Below, piece by piece: positions 37,213 through 45,010 of a stretch of 64,000 bases of DNA. Under the pieces are notes generated by a model that was not told the origin of the DNA, ran no database searches, and saw nothing but the letters and a program-made list of their open reading frames with translations. The DNA is from Thermoplasmata archaeon (GTDB lineage Archaea; Thermoplasmatota; SW-10-69-26; JACQPN01; JAJPHT01). Positions within the stretch are counted from its first letter, which is position 1, and each line of letters begins with the position of its first letter. The stretch is taken from positions 64,001 through 128,000 of the forward strand of contig JAXDQU010000034.1 in NCBI GenBank assembly GCA_034667685.1, in the 5' to 3' direction. The position numbers were made by a program, and so were the translations under genes.

Positions 37213-38373
37213 ATGCAGTTCGACCTCACGGACGACCAGAAGGCCATCCAGAAGATGGTCCGCGAGTTCGCGGAGAAGGAGGTCGAGCCGGAGATCGACG
37301 CCATCGAGCGCGACGGCGTCTGGAAGACGAGCGTGCTCAAGAAGGCCGCCGAGCTGGGCCTCGCGGGCATGACGATCCCCACCGAGTACGGCGGCACGGG
37401 CCTCGATGCGGTGAGCTACAACCTCGCCATCCAGGAGCTTTCGCGCGTCAACGGCAGCGTGGGCATCACGTTCGCGGCGCACTGCGGGCTGGGCTCGTCG
37501 CACATCAACATCATGGGCACCCACGAGCAGAAGGCCAAGTACCTGCCCAAGCTCGCCAGCGGCGAGCACTGGGGCGCGTGGGGCCTGACCGAGCCGGGCG
37601 CGGGCAGCGACGCCGCGGGGCTCGCGACGATCGCCACGCGCGAAGGGGACGGCTGGAAGCTCAACGGCCAGAAGGTGTTCTGCACCAACGGCCACTTCGC
37701 CGACACGTTCACGCTCATGGCCAAGACCGACCCTGGCAAGGGCGCCAAGGGCATCACGGCCTTTATCGTCCCGAAGGGCACGAAGGGCCTCGTGCTCGGG
37801 AAGCTCGAGCACAAGCTCGGCCTGCACGGCAGCGCGACGAGCCAGGTCTTCCTGGAGGACTGCTGGGTGCCCGACGCGCAGGTCGTCGGCCTCCAGCCGG
37901 GCCTGGGCCACGGCTTCGTGGGCGCCATGCGGACGCTCGACGCCGGCCGCATCGCCATCGGCTCGCTGGCGCTGGGCATGGCGCAGGGCGCCTACGAGAC
38001 GGCGCTCGCCTACGCCAAGGAGCGCCAGCAGTTCGGCAAGCCCATCGGCAGCTTCCAGGCCATCCAGTTCAAGCTCGCCACCATCGCGACGGAGCTGGAC
38101 GCCGCGCGCCTGCTGCTCCTGCGCGCCGCGTGGCTCAAGGACCAGGGCCGCGACTTCACGCAGGCCGCCAGCATGGGCAAGCTCTACGCCAGCGAGGCCG
38201 CCATGCGCGCCGCCACCGAGTGCATCCAGATCCTCGGCGGCAACGGCTACACCACCGACTACCCGGTCGAGCGCCACTGGCGCGACATCAAGCTCTGCGA
38301 GATCGGCGAGGGAAGCTCCGAGGTCCAGCGCATGGTCATTGCGCGGAGCATCGGGCTGCCGCAGAGCCGGTGA
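37213..38373 (+). CDS. Acyl-CoA dehydrogenase
   Basis: LTEPGAGSD, LNGQKVFCTNG, KLGLHGS.T, RQQFGKPIGSFQAIQFKLA, GGNGY..DYPVERHWRD, IGEGSSEVQR. Confidence 0.97.
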   Translation: MQFDLTDDQKAIQKMVREFAEKEVEPEIDAIERDGVWKTSVLKKAAELGLAGMTIPTEYGGTGLDAVSYNLAIQELSRVNGSVGITFAAHCGLGSSHINIMGTHEQKAKYLPKLASGEHWGAWGLTEPGAGSDAAGLATIATREGDGWKLNGQKVFCTNGHFADTFTLMAKTDPGKGAKGITAFIVPKGTKGLVLGKLEHKLGLHGSATSQVFLEDCWVPDAQVVGLQPGLGHGFVGAMRTLDAGRIAIGSLALGMAQGAYETALAYAKERQQFGKPIGSFQAIQFKLATIATELDAARLLLLRAAWLKDQGRDFTQAASMGKLYASEAAMRAATECIQILGGNGYTTDYPVERHWRDIKLCEIGEGSSEVQRMVIARSIGLPQSR

Positions 38374-38382
38374 AACCCTCGG

Positions 38383-39546
38383 TCAGAGGATGCCATACCG
38401 TGCGGCATCCTCCCGCACACGGTCGACCAGGTCGCCGCCGCGGAACCTGAACTCGCCCTTGTCGACGCGGCGCGCGACCTCCATTGCCTCCCGGAGCGCG
38501 GGCGCAACTTCCTCGGGCGCGTGACGGCGCGCGAAGAGCACGAACTCGTGCACGCGCCTGAAGTAGCTGCTCCATGGCACCGGGTTCCAAGGAGCGCGGT
38601 CGATCCACGCGCGGTCCTCGTCGAGCCGTGCACGCCTCTCGGCGACGATCGTCCCGGGTGTCACCATGCGCGCCAGGAAGGGGGGCGGGCTCGGCGCGGT
38701 CTGGGGGAGTCCGCGCGCGCGGCGCATCGCCTCGTGGGCAGCCACGAGCGGTGCGATCACCTCGGGGCCGGCGCCGACGTCGAAGAAATGGGAGATGGTC
38801 TCGGCGCACCACGTCCCCGCCGCTTGGGCGCGCGGATCGTACTGCCCCCGCCCTTCGGCGATCTCCTGGAAGAACGCCGCGAACGCCTCGGACTCCGGCG
38901 TCGTCGGGTCCTCCCAGCCGTGAAGGAACGGCGAGCCCCGCAGGAGGCCCGCAAGCTGGGCCTTGTCAGCGGCATCGAGAAGCTCCCGGAACCGCCCGAG
39001 GTGGAACGGGAAGCGAGCGCGGCCGACTCCGCGGCGGAGAAGAGCCCATGCGGCCGCTTGGCAGCGGCGCGAGTCCGCATCCCACAAGTCCACCTGCATG
39101 CTCTCGATCACGAGCGGCCGCGTCTGATGGAGCCAGGTGAGGCACGCGATCGCCGTGGGGCCCATCGTGTCGCCCCCGGCCTTGACGAGACCGACGAGCG
39201 AAGCGGCCACGGTGGGAACGTCTTCCGGCCGCGCTGCGCGCGCGAGCATCGTGGCGGCCCACGGCGAGCAGTCCGGGTCGTGCAGGTCCACGACGCGGGT
39301 GAGCACTCGGAGCTTCTCGTCCTCCGTGATGCCTTCGAGCAAGGCCTCCTGAGAAAGCCCCGCCGGCACGATCTTCTCCGATTGGATGCCGCCGTGATAG
39401 CGCCACCAGCCGCTCAGACGAATGCGGTCTTCCAGGAGCAGCGTCGCCGACCAAGCCACAAGCTCGGCGTAGGCTCGCACCGGGTCCTTCTTGGCCACCG
39501 AAGCGATGGCCTTCGTCTGCGCGCGCAGGTGAGCCGGCAAGGTCAC
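38383..39546 (-). CDS. Hypothetical helical-repeat-like protein with atypical composition
   Basis: 387-aa ORF filling the gap; more A/T-ending codons than its neighbours; no family recognised. Confidence 0.65.
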   Translation of the reverse strand: MTLPAHLRAQTKAIASVAKKDPVRAYAELVAWSATLLLEDRIRLSGWWRYHGGIQSEKIVPAGLSQEALLEGITEDEKLRVLTRVVDLHDPDCSPWAATMLARAARPEDVPTVAASLVGLVKAGGDTMGPTAIACLTWLHQTRPLVIESMQVDLWDADSRRCQAAAWALLRRGVGRARFPFHLGRFRELLDAADKAQLAGLLRGSPFLHGWEDPTTPESEAFAAFFQEIAEGRGQYDPRAQAAGTWCAETISHFFDVGAGPEVIAPLVAAHEAMRRARGLPQTAPSPPPFLARMVTPGTIVAERRARLDEDRAWIDRAPWNPVPWSSYFRRVHEFVLFARRHAPEEVAPALREAMEVARRVDKGEFRFRGGDLVDRVREDAARYGIL

Positions 39547-39627
39547 GAACCGCCGACGTCGGCGCGGCCGGATCAGGGTTTGGAGCCGGATTTCTTATAG
39601 CCACACCCGGATGCGTCGGCCGATCCC

Positions 39628-41088
39628 ATGCCCAAGAAGATGGAGAACTTCTCCGAGTGGTACAACGAGCTCGTCGAGAAGGCCGACCTCATCGACAAGC
39701 GCTATCCCATCAAGGGCATGGACGTCTGGCGCCCGTACGGCCTCTCGGTCATGCGCGCCATCGACCAGGCGATCCGCGACGGCATGGTGCGCACCAAGCA
39801 CCAGGAGGTCGAGTTCCCGCTCCTGATCCCGCAGGGCGAGTTCAACAAGGAGGCCGACCAGATCAAGGGGTTCGGCGGCGAGGTCTACTGGGTGACGAAG
39901 GGCGGCAACAACGACCTGGACATCCCCCTCGTCGTGCGTCCGACCTCCGAGACGGCGATGTATCCGATGTTCGCGCTCTGGGTCCGCTCGCACAAGGACC
40001 TGCCCCTGAAGATCTTCCAGATCGTGAGCGTGTTCCGCTACGAGACCAAGCAGACCCGGTCCTTCATCCGCGTGCGGCAGATCCACTTCTTCGAGGCGCA
40101 CACCGCGCACGCCGACTACGAGGACGCGGAGCGCCAGATCCTCGAGGACCTGGAGCTGACGGCCGCGCTCTGCGAGAAGCTCTGCCTGCCCTACTCGCTC
40201 TCGAAGCGACCCGACTGGGACAAGTTCCCCGGCGCGCACTACACGGTGGCCGCCGACGCGATGCTGCCGGAGCTCAAGACGCTCCAGATCGCCACGCACC
40301 ACCACTACAAGGACAACTTCGCCAAGGCGTACGACATCAAGTACGAGAACGCCGCGGGCGAGCACGTCTTCGCCCACCAGACCACCTACGGCATCAGCGA
40401 GCGCATCCTGGGCGCCGTCGTCGCGGTCCACGGCGACGACAAGGGCCTGATGCTGCCCCCCGCCGTCGCGCCCTGGCAGGCCGTCGTCGTCCCCATCCTC
40501 TTCAAGGGCAAGGAGGGCGGCGTCGTCGAGGCCGCGAACGCCCTGGCCGACAAGATGCGCGCCGCCGGCTTCCGCGTCCACGTCGACGACCGCGACGAGA
40601 CGGCCGGCTTCAAGTTCAACGACTGGGAGATGCGCGGCGTCCCCATCCGCATCGAGCTGGGACCCAAGGACATGGAAAAGGGCCAGTGCGTCATGGTCCG
40701 CCGCGACAACGGCGCCAAGTCGTTCGTCGCGCAGGCCGACGCCGCGAAGGGCCTCGCCGAGACGCTCGCCTCCTACGCCGAAGGGCTCAAGGAGCGCGCG
40801 TACGCCACGCTCACCCAGAACGTCCACGACGTCAAGACCAGCGAGGAAGCCAAGAAGACCGTCGGCATCGCCCGCGCCGGCTGGTGCGGCAGCGACGAAT
40901 GCGGCCTTGCCATCCAGACCGCCACCGAGAAGACGCTCCTGGGCGTCCCCATCGACGTCGCCTTCCCCAGCTTCCAGCAGCAGGAGCACCACAAGCGGCT
41001 GGTCCTGCCCGGGCGCGGGTTCAGCGGACACTGCGCTGCTTGTGGGAAGGCGACGCACACGCCGGTGCTGATCGCGAAGACCTACTGA
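39628..41088 (+). CDS. proS: Proline-tRNA ligase (archaeal/eukaryotic type)
   Basis: FSEWYNE, RPTSET, FRYETKQTRSFIR, QTTYGISER, HGDDKGL.LPP, GVPIRIELGP, C-terminal AKTY. Confidence 0.98.
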   Translation: MPKKMENFSEWYNELVEKADLIDKRYPIKGMDVWRPYGLSVMRAIDQAIRDGMVRTKHQEVEFPLLIPQGEFNKEADQIKGFGGEVYWVTKGGNNDLDIPLVVRPTSETAMYPMFALWVRSHKDLPLKIFQIVSVFRYETKQTRSFIRVRQIHFFEAHTAHADYEDAERQILEDLELTAALCEKLCLPYSLSKRPDWDKFPGAHYTVAADAMLPELKTLQIATHHHYKDNFAKAYDIKYENAAGEHVFAHQTTYGISERILGAVVAVHGDDKGLMLPPAVAPWQAVVVPILFKGKEGGVVEAANALADKMRAAGFRVHVDDRDETAGFKFNDWEMRGVPIRIELGPKDMEKGQCVMVRRDNGAKSFVAQADAAKGLAETLASYAEGLKERAYATLTQNVHDVKTSEEAKKTVGIARAGWCGSDECGLAIQTATEKTLLGVPIDVAFPSFQQQEHHKRLVLPGRGFSGHCAACGKATHTPVLIAKTY

Positions 41089-41165
41089 GCGAGCCATTCT
41101 CTCGAAGCATCCTGTGAACGGGGGGCCCGCGTCGAAGCGTACATGAGAGGGCGCGTGGGTCTTGA

Positions 41166-41181
41166 ATAACTAGGGATTATC
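41166..41181 (+). other. Putative tyrosine-recombinase site, left (ATAACTAGGGATTATC)
   Basis: Exact inverted copy at 44015-44030; ATAA-CTAGGGA-TTAT dyad around an asymmetric 7-bp core; directly abuts the GTG at 41182. Confidence 0.8.
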
Positions 41182-42786
41182 GTGGCCCACCGAGCCTCGT
41201 TCAGCTGGCCCACGTCGCGGCGCGATTTCGAGTCGGAGGATCTTCGCTACACGGACTTCCGCGGCGTCCGGATGTCCCCTGACGACCCTGGGCTCTCCCT
41301 TCACGCGGCCGTGCTCCGTGGCGCCGCGTTCTCCGACTGCGCGTTCTGGAACTCGAAGTTCACGCGCAGCGACTTCAACGAGACCGACATCAGCCGCACG
41401 CGGTTCCAGGAGTGCGCGATGGACTACTTCGAGCTGCAGGATTCCCACGTCGTGGAGAGCCAATTCGTCGGCGGGACGGCGCGAGACGCAGCCATCCTGC
41501 AGTGCCGCGTCTCGGAGTGCGTGTTCACCCGCACCGACTGGTCGGCGTCCAACTGGCACAACAATGAGTTCGAGAGGACGTTGTTCGAGGGCGTGAACCT
41601 CGCCCACTCCTCGGTGGAGCGGAACCGCTTCTACCAGTGCACGTTCCGCGGCTGCGACCTCGCGGACCAGACGTTCATGAGCTGCATCCTCGAAGGGTGC
41701 ACGTTCGAGGACGTGGTGATGGATCTCCTCGTGGTGAAGTCCTGCCCCGGCCTCGAGATGACCGCATTGCGCAACGTCAGGCTCGTGGAGAATGGCCACC
41801 CCATCCCGTCCGAACAGGTCGCGCCGCGCCTGACGGAGCTTCTCTTCGAGCACTTGGAACTGGGCGAAATCGTCGAGGTCGCGTGCCTTGCGGTCGTGCT
41901 CGATCGGATCGACGTGCTGGAGGGGCTGCTCGCGCGCGTGCCCGATGCGCTCCGCATGCAGCCGGTCTCCGCGAGCAACGAAAAGTGGGTGAACCTCTGC
42001 CGCGCGCTCCAGTTCTGGACGCAGAAAGGCAAGCTCGATCCGTACTGGCTCCTGTGGATCTTTCAGGCGCTGCTGGAGCACACGCGCAAGCTCCAGCGGC
42101 AGGGCGAGGCGCCTGACCTGCAGCTGATCCGCGCCGCCACGTCGATCGCGGGCGAGGTGCAGGGTTATCAGAAGGCCATCGGCGAGGCGGCGCTGCTGGC
42201 CCTTCCTCGCGGGCGCATGCTGGATCCCGTGAAGATCACGCTGGAGGTGCCCAACGACATCGACCGCGCGGTCGTGGCGGGTTTCGTGGAGAGGCTTGCG
42301 GAGTCCATCGATTCCCGGATGCCGCCCGCGTTCCGGGCGGGCGCGGCGCAGCCTCCGATCCGGTTCTCCGAAGAGCGTTGGGGAAGCCACTACTTCGACT
42401 TCGAGTCCATCCAGTTGTGGGCCGCGGTGCTGACGGCCGCGTTCTTCCAGGCGGATCGCATCCTCCGACAATCCACCAAGATCATCGACGCAGGCGAAGG
42501 CACGATGCGCTCGACGTTCCGCTTCTTCCGGGCCTTCCACGAGGAGAAGGAGCGGACGCGCGCGCAGAAGACGGCCCTGGAGCACGCCAGCACGCCAACG
42601 GTGCCGGAGCCCGTCTTGGCGCCTGAGCCCGTGGCGAACCATGGGCTTGCCCTCGCCTCGGAGAACGCGTTCCAGGCGATCGCCGAGCGGAACCTCGCCT
42701 CGGGCATCGTGGCCAACGTCGTGATCCCTCCGGACCTGCGCGCCGAGGCGAAGAGGATCGTGCTCTCCATCGAGATCAGGAAATGA
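41182..42786 (+). CDS. Pentapeptide-repeat protein with a large uncharacterised C-terminal region
   Basis: About 170 aa of xxxF/L pentapeptides (GAAFSDCAFWNSKFTRSDFNETDISRTRFQEC...QCTFRGCDL...GCTFEDV). Confidence 0.85.
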   Translation: MAHRASFSWPTSRRDFESEDLRYTDFRGVRMSPDDPGLSLHAAVLRGAAFSDCAFWNSKFTRSDFNETDISRTRFQECAMDYFELQDSHVVESQFVGGTARDAAILQCRVSECVFTRTDWSASNWHNNEFERTLFEGVNLAHSSVERNRFYQCTFRGCDLADQTFMSCILEGCTFEDVVMDLLVVKSCPGLEMTALRNVRLVENGHPIPSEQVAPRLTELLFEHLELGEIVEVACLAVVLDRIDVLEGLLARVPDALRMQPVSASNEKWVNLCRALQFWTQKGKLDPYWLLWIFQALLEHTRKLQRQGEAPDLQLIRAATSIAGEVQGYQKAIGEAALLALPRGRMLDPVKITLEVPNDIDRAVVAGFVERLAESIDSRMPPAFRAGAAQPPIRFSEERWGSHYFDFESIQLWAAVLTAAFFQADRILRQSTKIIDAGEGTMRSTFRFFRAFHEEKERTRAQKTALEHASTPTVPEPVLAPEPVANHGLALASENAFQAIAERNLASGIVANVVIPPDLRAEAKRIVLSIEIRK

Positions 42787-44020
42787 CCTCGCGCCGATAG
42801 ACCGACTCGATCGCGCGGACGCCATCCCGCAGGATCGGGAGCCCGAGCGCGAGGCAGAACCGGAATGCGATGGGGTTTCCCTCCTCTAGGACGTACATGA
42901 CGCTCCCGGGCATTGCTTGGACGCCGTGCTCCTGGAGAACCTTGAACGTGAATGCCTTCTCTTCAGACTCGGTCATGCGCGTGCCCTCGCACACGAGCAT
43001 GGTGAGGACGCCGCTCTGCGTCTTCGTGAAGCGGAGGCCGGGCACATCGAGCATCGCGATGAGGTCCTCGTGGTGCTGGCGGAACCTTGCGACGTTGTGC
43101 TCCCGCGCCGCCGCCACTTCCCGGCCCTCCGGGCTCGAAGGACCGGCGCCAAGCGCGGCGTAGGCCGAAGAAGCCAGCAACGCCTGCAGATAGGACAGGG
43201 ACCCGTTGGAGATCTCGTCGTTCTCGCGGATGTCGTCGGCCCGCTGGATCGACGTGACCGTGTGCGCGAACTTCGCCCCATTGAGGAAGAGCGCCTTCGC
43301 GGGCGATTGCACAAGGATCAGGTTATCCAAGGCGTCGATCCTCACGCTCCCCAGCGCGCGCTCGGGCGAAGGGGCCCAGTCCAGCGCGCCCTGCGAGGCG
43401 TCCAGCACGAGGACCGCGTCCACCTCCTCGCACGCGCGCAACACCCGCTCCAAGGCGCGCGCGGGCCAGAGGACGCCCGTAGGGTAGATCGGATTCGTCG
43501 CGAGCACGACGTCGGGCTTGTCGCGGAGGATCCGGTGGACCAGCGCGCCGACATCCGGAAGTCCGTCCGCCTCCAGCAAGGTCGGGAAGAATGCCTGGTC
43601 GAATCCGAGGATCTCGCAGCTCCCCGACGCCGAGAAGTAGAGCGGCGTCACGAGAAGCGCGGTCTTCGCGTTCCCCTCGCGCAAAGCCAGGAGCGCCTGG
43701 AAGATCGCCTGCGTCCCGCTGCCGTGGAGCGCCACGTTGTCGGAGCCAACGGGGAGCGAAAGGCCATGGATCGGATCGGAAGACATCCACTTCGCGACAT
43801 TCTCGCGCTGCTCCGCCATGTCCATGGGAAACTGATACGGGATCAGATGGGATGGCCGCACCTCGGCCAGCCTGCGCGCGACGAAATCCGGAAGCTGGAT
43901 CGTATCCGCGTCGGCGTCCCAATGGAACGGCTGCTTCGGACGACGCCCGGTGGCGCGCTCATACTGGCCTTCGAGGTCGAAGAACCACTGCGTCTTGTAA
44001 CGGTTGGAGTCCCTGATAAT
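42776..44020 (-). CDS. PLP-dependent aminotransferase, class I/II fold; true start uncertain (GTG 43861, or ATT/ATC inside the recombination site)
   Basis: SGTQAI, TPLYF, TNPIYPTG, VLDAS, SPAKALFLNGAKF (PLP Lys), PGS..Y, FRFC; frame stays open 55 codons upstream of 43861 up to the recombinase stop. Confidence 0.82.
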   Translation of the reverse strand: MIRDSNRYKTQWFFDLEGQYERATGRRPKQPFHWDADADTIQLPDFVARRLAEVRPSHLIPYQFPMDMAEQRENVAKWMSSDPIHGLSLPVGSDNVALHGSGTQAIFQALLALREGNAKTALLVTPLYFSASGSCEILGFDQAFFPTLLEADGLPDVGALVHRILRDKPDVVLATNPIYPTGVLWPARALERVLRACEEVDAVLVLDASQGALDWAPSPERALGSVRIDALDNLILVQSPAKALFLNGAKFAHTVTSIQRADDIRENDEISNGSLSYLQALLASSAYAALGAGPSSPEGREVAAAREHNVARFRQHHEDLIAMLDVPGLRFTKTQSGVLTMLVCEGTRMTESEEKAFTFKVLQEHGVQAMPGSVMYVLEEGNPIAFRFCLALGLPILRDGVRAIESVYRREVIS

Positions 44021-44030
44021 CCCTAGTTAT
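44015..44030 (-). other. Putative tyrosine-recombinase site, right; contains the recombinase stop codon
   Basis: gataatccctagttat is the reverse complement of 41166-41181; TAA at 44027-29 ends the recombinase. Confidence 0.8.
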
Positions 44031-44932
44031 CCCAACATCGCCACCCGATTCCTCGGGTTGCATTTCTCCAGCATGTCGGCCCTCCGGCGCGACGACACCC
44101 AGACGTACAGCTCGGTGGTCTGGATGCTGGCGTGCCCCAGCACGTCCTGGACCGACCTTAGGTCTGCGCCGTTCTCGACGAGGAGCGTGGCGAAGGTGTG
44201 CCGGAGCATGTGGGGTGTGACGCGCCGTCCGATGCCGGCGAGGCGCGCTAGCCGTTTGATGCGGCTTCGGACGCTTTCGGGCGTGCGGCGGCGGTTTGCG
44301 CGGCTGACGAGGAGGGGTCCGCGTGGTCCGGTTTCGGCGAGGGCGTTGCCCAGGAGGGCGCAGACTTCGCTGGAGGAGAGGGGGACGACGCGTTCCCGGG
44401 CGCCCTTGCCGCGGATGCGGACGCTGCACGCGGCGAGGTCGATGTCGTCGTGGTCGATGCGCGTGAGCTCTTCGACGCGGATGCCGGTGGAGGCGAGAAG
44501 CTCCAGGGCCAGGGCGTCTTGGGTGGCGGTGCGGCGCCGGGCGGGCGTGGCGGCGCGGCGGATCTCAGCGTGGGCGGCCCGCAGGAGCGCCTCGAACTCG
44601 TCGCGGGTGAGCGTGCGAGGCAGGCGTCGGCGACCGGCCGTGGCGGGCTTGAAACGGACTTCGGGCGCGGCAGCGAGGTGGCCTTCGCGCAGGAGCCAGG
44701 CGTAGTAGAGCCGGAGCGTGACGCTGCGGCGCCGGAGGGTGGCGACGCGCAGGCCTCGCTGCTGGAGGCCATGCAGGTAGGCGCTCAAGTCGGGGGTGGT
44801 GGCGGCGTCGAGGCCGTGGGGTAGGCGCGCGGCGGCGTCGCGCAAGTCCGAGGCATAGGCGCGGATCGTCTTGGGCGAGAGGTCTCGCTCGGCGCGGATG
44901 GCTTGGAGGAATCGCGTTTGGTTTGCTATCAC
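44027..44932 (-). CDS. XerC/D-like tyrosine recombinase
   Basis: N-terminal LSPKTIRAY.SDL; catalytic R (TGIRVEE), K (GKG), HMLRH, LGH and Y (TTELY) all present. Confidence 0.96.
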   Translation of the reverse strand: MIANQTRFLQAIRAERDLSPKTIRAYASDLRDAAARLPHGLDAATTPDLSAYLHGLQQRGLRVATLRRRSVTLRLYYAWLLREGHLAAAPEVRFKPATAGRRRLPRTLTRDEFEALLRAAHAEIRRAATPARRRTATQDALALELLASTGIRVEELTRIDHDDIDLAACSVRIRGKGARERVVPLSSSEVCALLGNALAETGPRGPLLVSRANRRRTPESVRSRIKRLARLAGIGRRVTPHMLRHTFATLLVENGADLRSVQDVLGHASIQTTELYVWVSSRRRADMLEKCNPRNRVAMLG

Positions 44933-45010
44933 GGGGTGGCGGGCGCGCGCGGTCCGGATGCCGGTTCCTGTACGCGCAGCCCGCCCGGCCGGACATGTCG
45001 GGCGTGGGCC

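Noticed and set aside
38373-39581. AAACCCT ... AGGGTTT inverted ends around the orphan gene
   Set aside because: Only 7 bp match, no transposase and no target duplication; compatible with chance.
44027-44932. Integron integrase IntI or housekeeping XerA with a dif site
   Set aside because: No obvious IntI-specific insertion or attC array; the site has a 7-bp spacer and occurs as an inverted pair around cargo. Phylogeny is needed to fully exclude XerA.
41089-45010. Provirus or integrative element inserted at the proS 3' end
   Set aside because: No direct repeat of the proS end was seen beyond the recombinase, and there are no replication, capsid or conjugation genes; the only repeat found is inverted.
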